From: Octopus sinensis
Taxonomy: Eukaryota
Direction: 5' to 3'
DNA: 64,000 nt
Assembly: GCF_006345805.1 (NCBI RefSeq)
Contig: NC_043003.1
Coordinates: forward strand, 52,452,001-52,516,000
Shown here piece after piece: positions 63,831-64,000 of this stretch. Numbering within the stretch: position 1 is the first letter of the stretch; each line of letters begins with the position of its first letter. The notes beneath the pieces are model-generated. The model was given only the letters and a program-made list of their open reading frames with translations, made no database searches and was not told the DNA's origin. A program made the position numbers and the translations under genes.

Positions 63831-64000
63831 CTTTACTTCTTTCAAGCCTATACATGTCCTCAGCAGTCATGGCCCATATTTCACTGCCGTGTAGCATATA
63901 TACTCTTTTTTACTCTTTTACTTGTTTCAGTCATTTGACTGTGGCCATGCTGGAGCACCGCCTTTAATTGAGCAACTCGACCCCGGGACTTATTCTTTTG

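Overview
AT-rich, repeat-dense eukaryotic DNA. The repeat families (tRNA-headed SINEs, RTE LINE tails with (GAT)n, mariner/Tc1, Penelope-like elements, long TA/CA microsatellites) suggest a cephalopod, probably Octopus; this is inference, not a database result. The main gene is almost invisible in the ORF track: nine short minus-strand exons between 61331 and 9891 splice in frame into the C-terminal 351 aa of BRCA2 (end of tower, OB2, OB3, terminal RAD51-binding TR2 motif, stop). The 5' part of the gene lies beyond the right edge. One BRCA2 intron is a 114-nt GC-AG intron with no in-frame stop. On the plus strand, 2254-3667 is a frameshifted, truncated fragment ending in an IkB-like ankyrin repeat. 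The introns contain nested mobile elements: a young CR1/L2-type RT with TSD inside an R4/Dong-like relic, a HERO-like LINE with an inverted copy of its own 3' UTR, a Penelope element with a ~2.7 kb microsatellite tail, a 768-bp unit bounded by identical 68-bp direct repeats, Tc1, mariners and a hAT MITE. Three near-perfect fold-back palindromes cluster at 27574-28659. I found no CRISPR, rRNA or true tRNA. I cannot claim a new biological system; the best unexplained signals are the palindrome cluster, the retrozyme-like unit and the in-frame GC-AG intron. Repeat boundaries are approximate unless a TIR or TSD is quoted.
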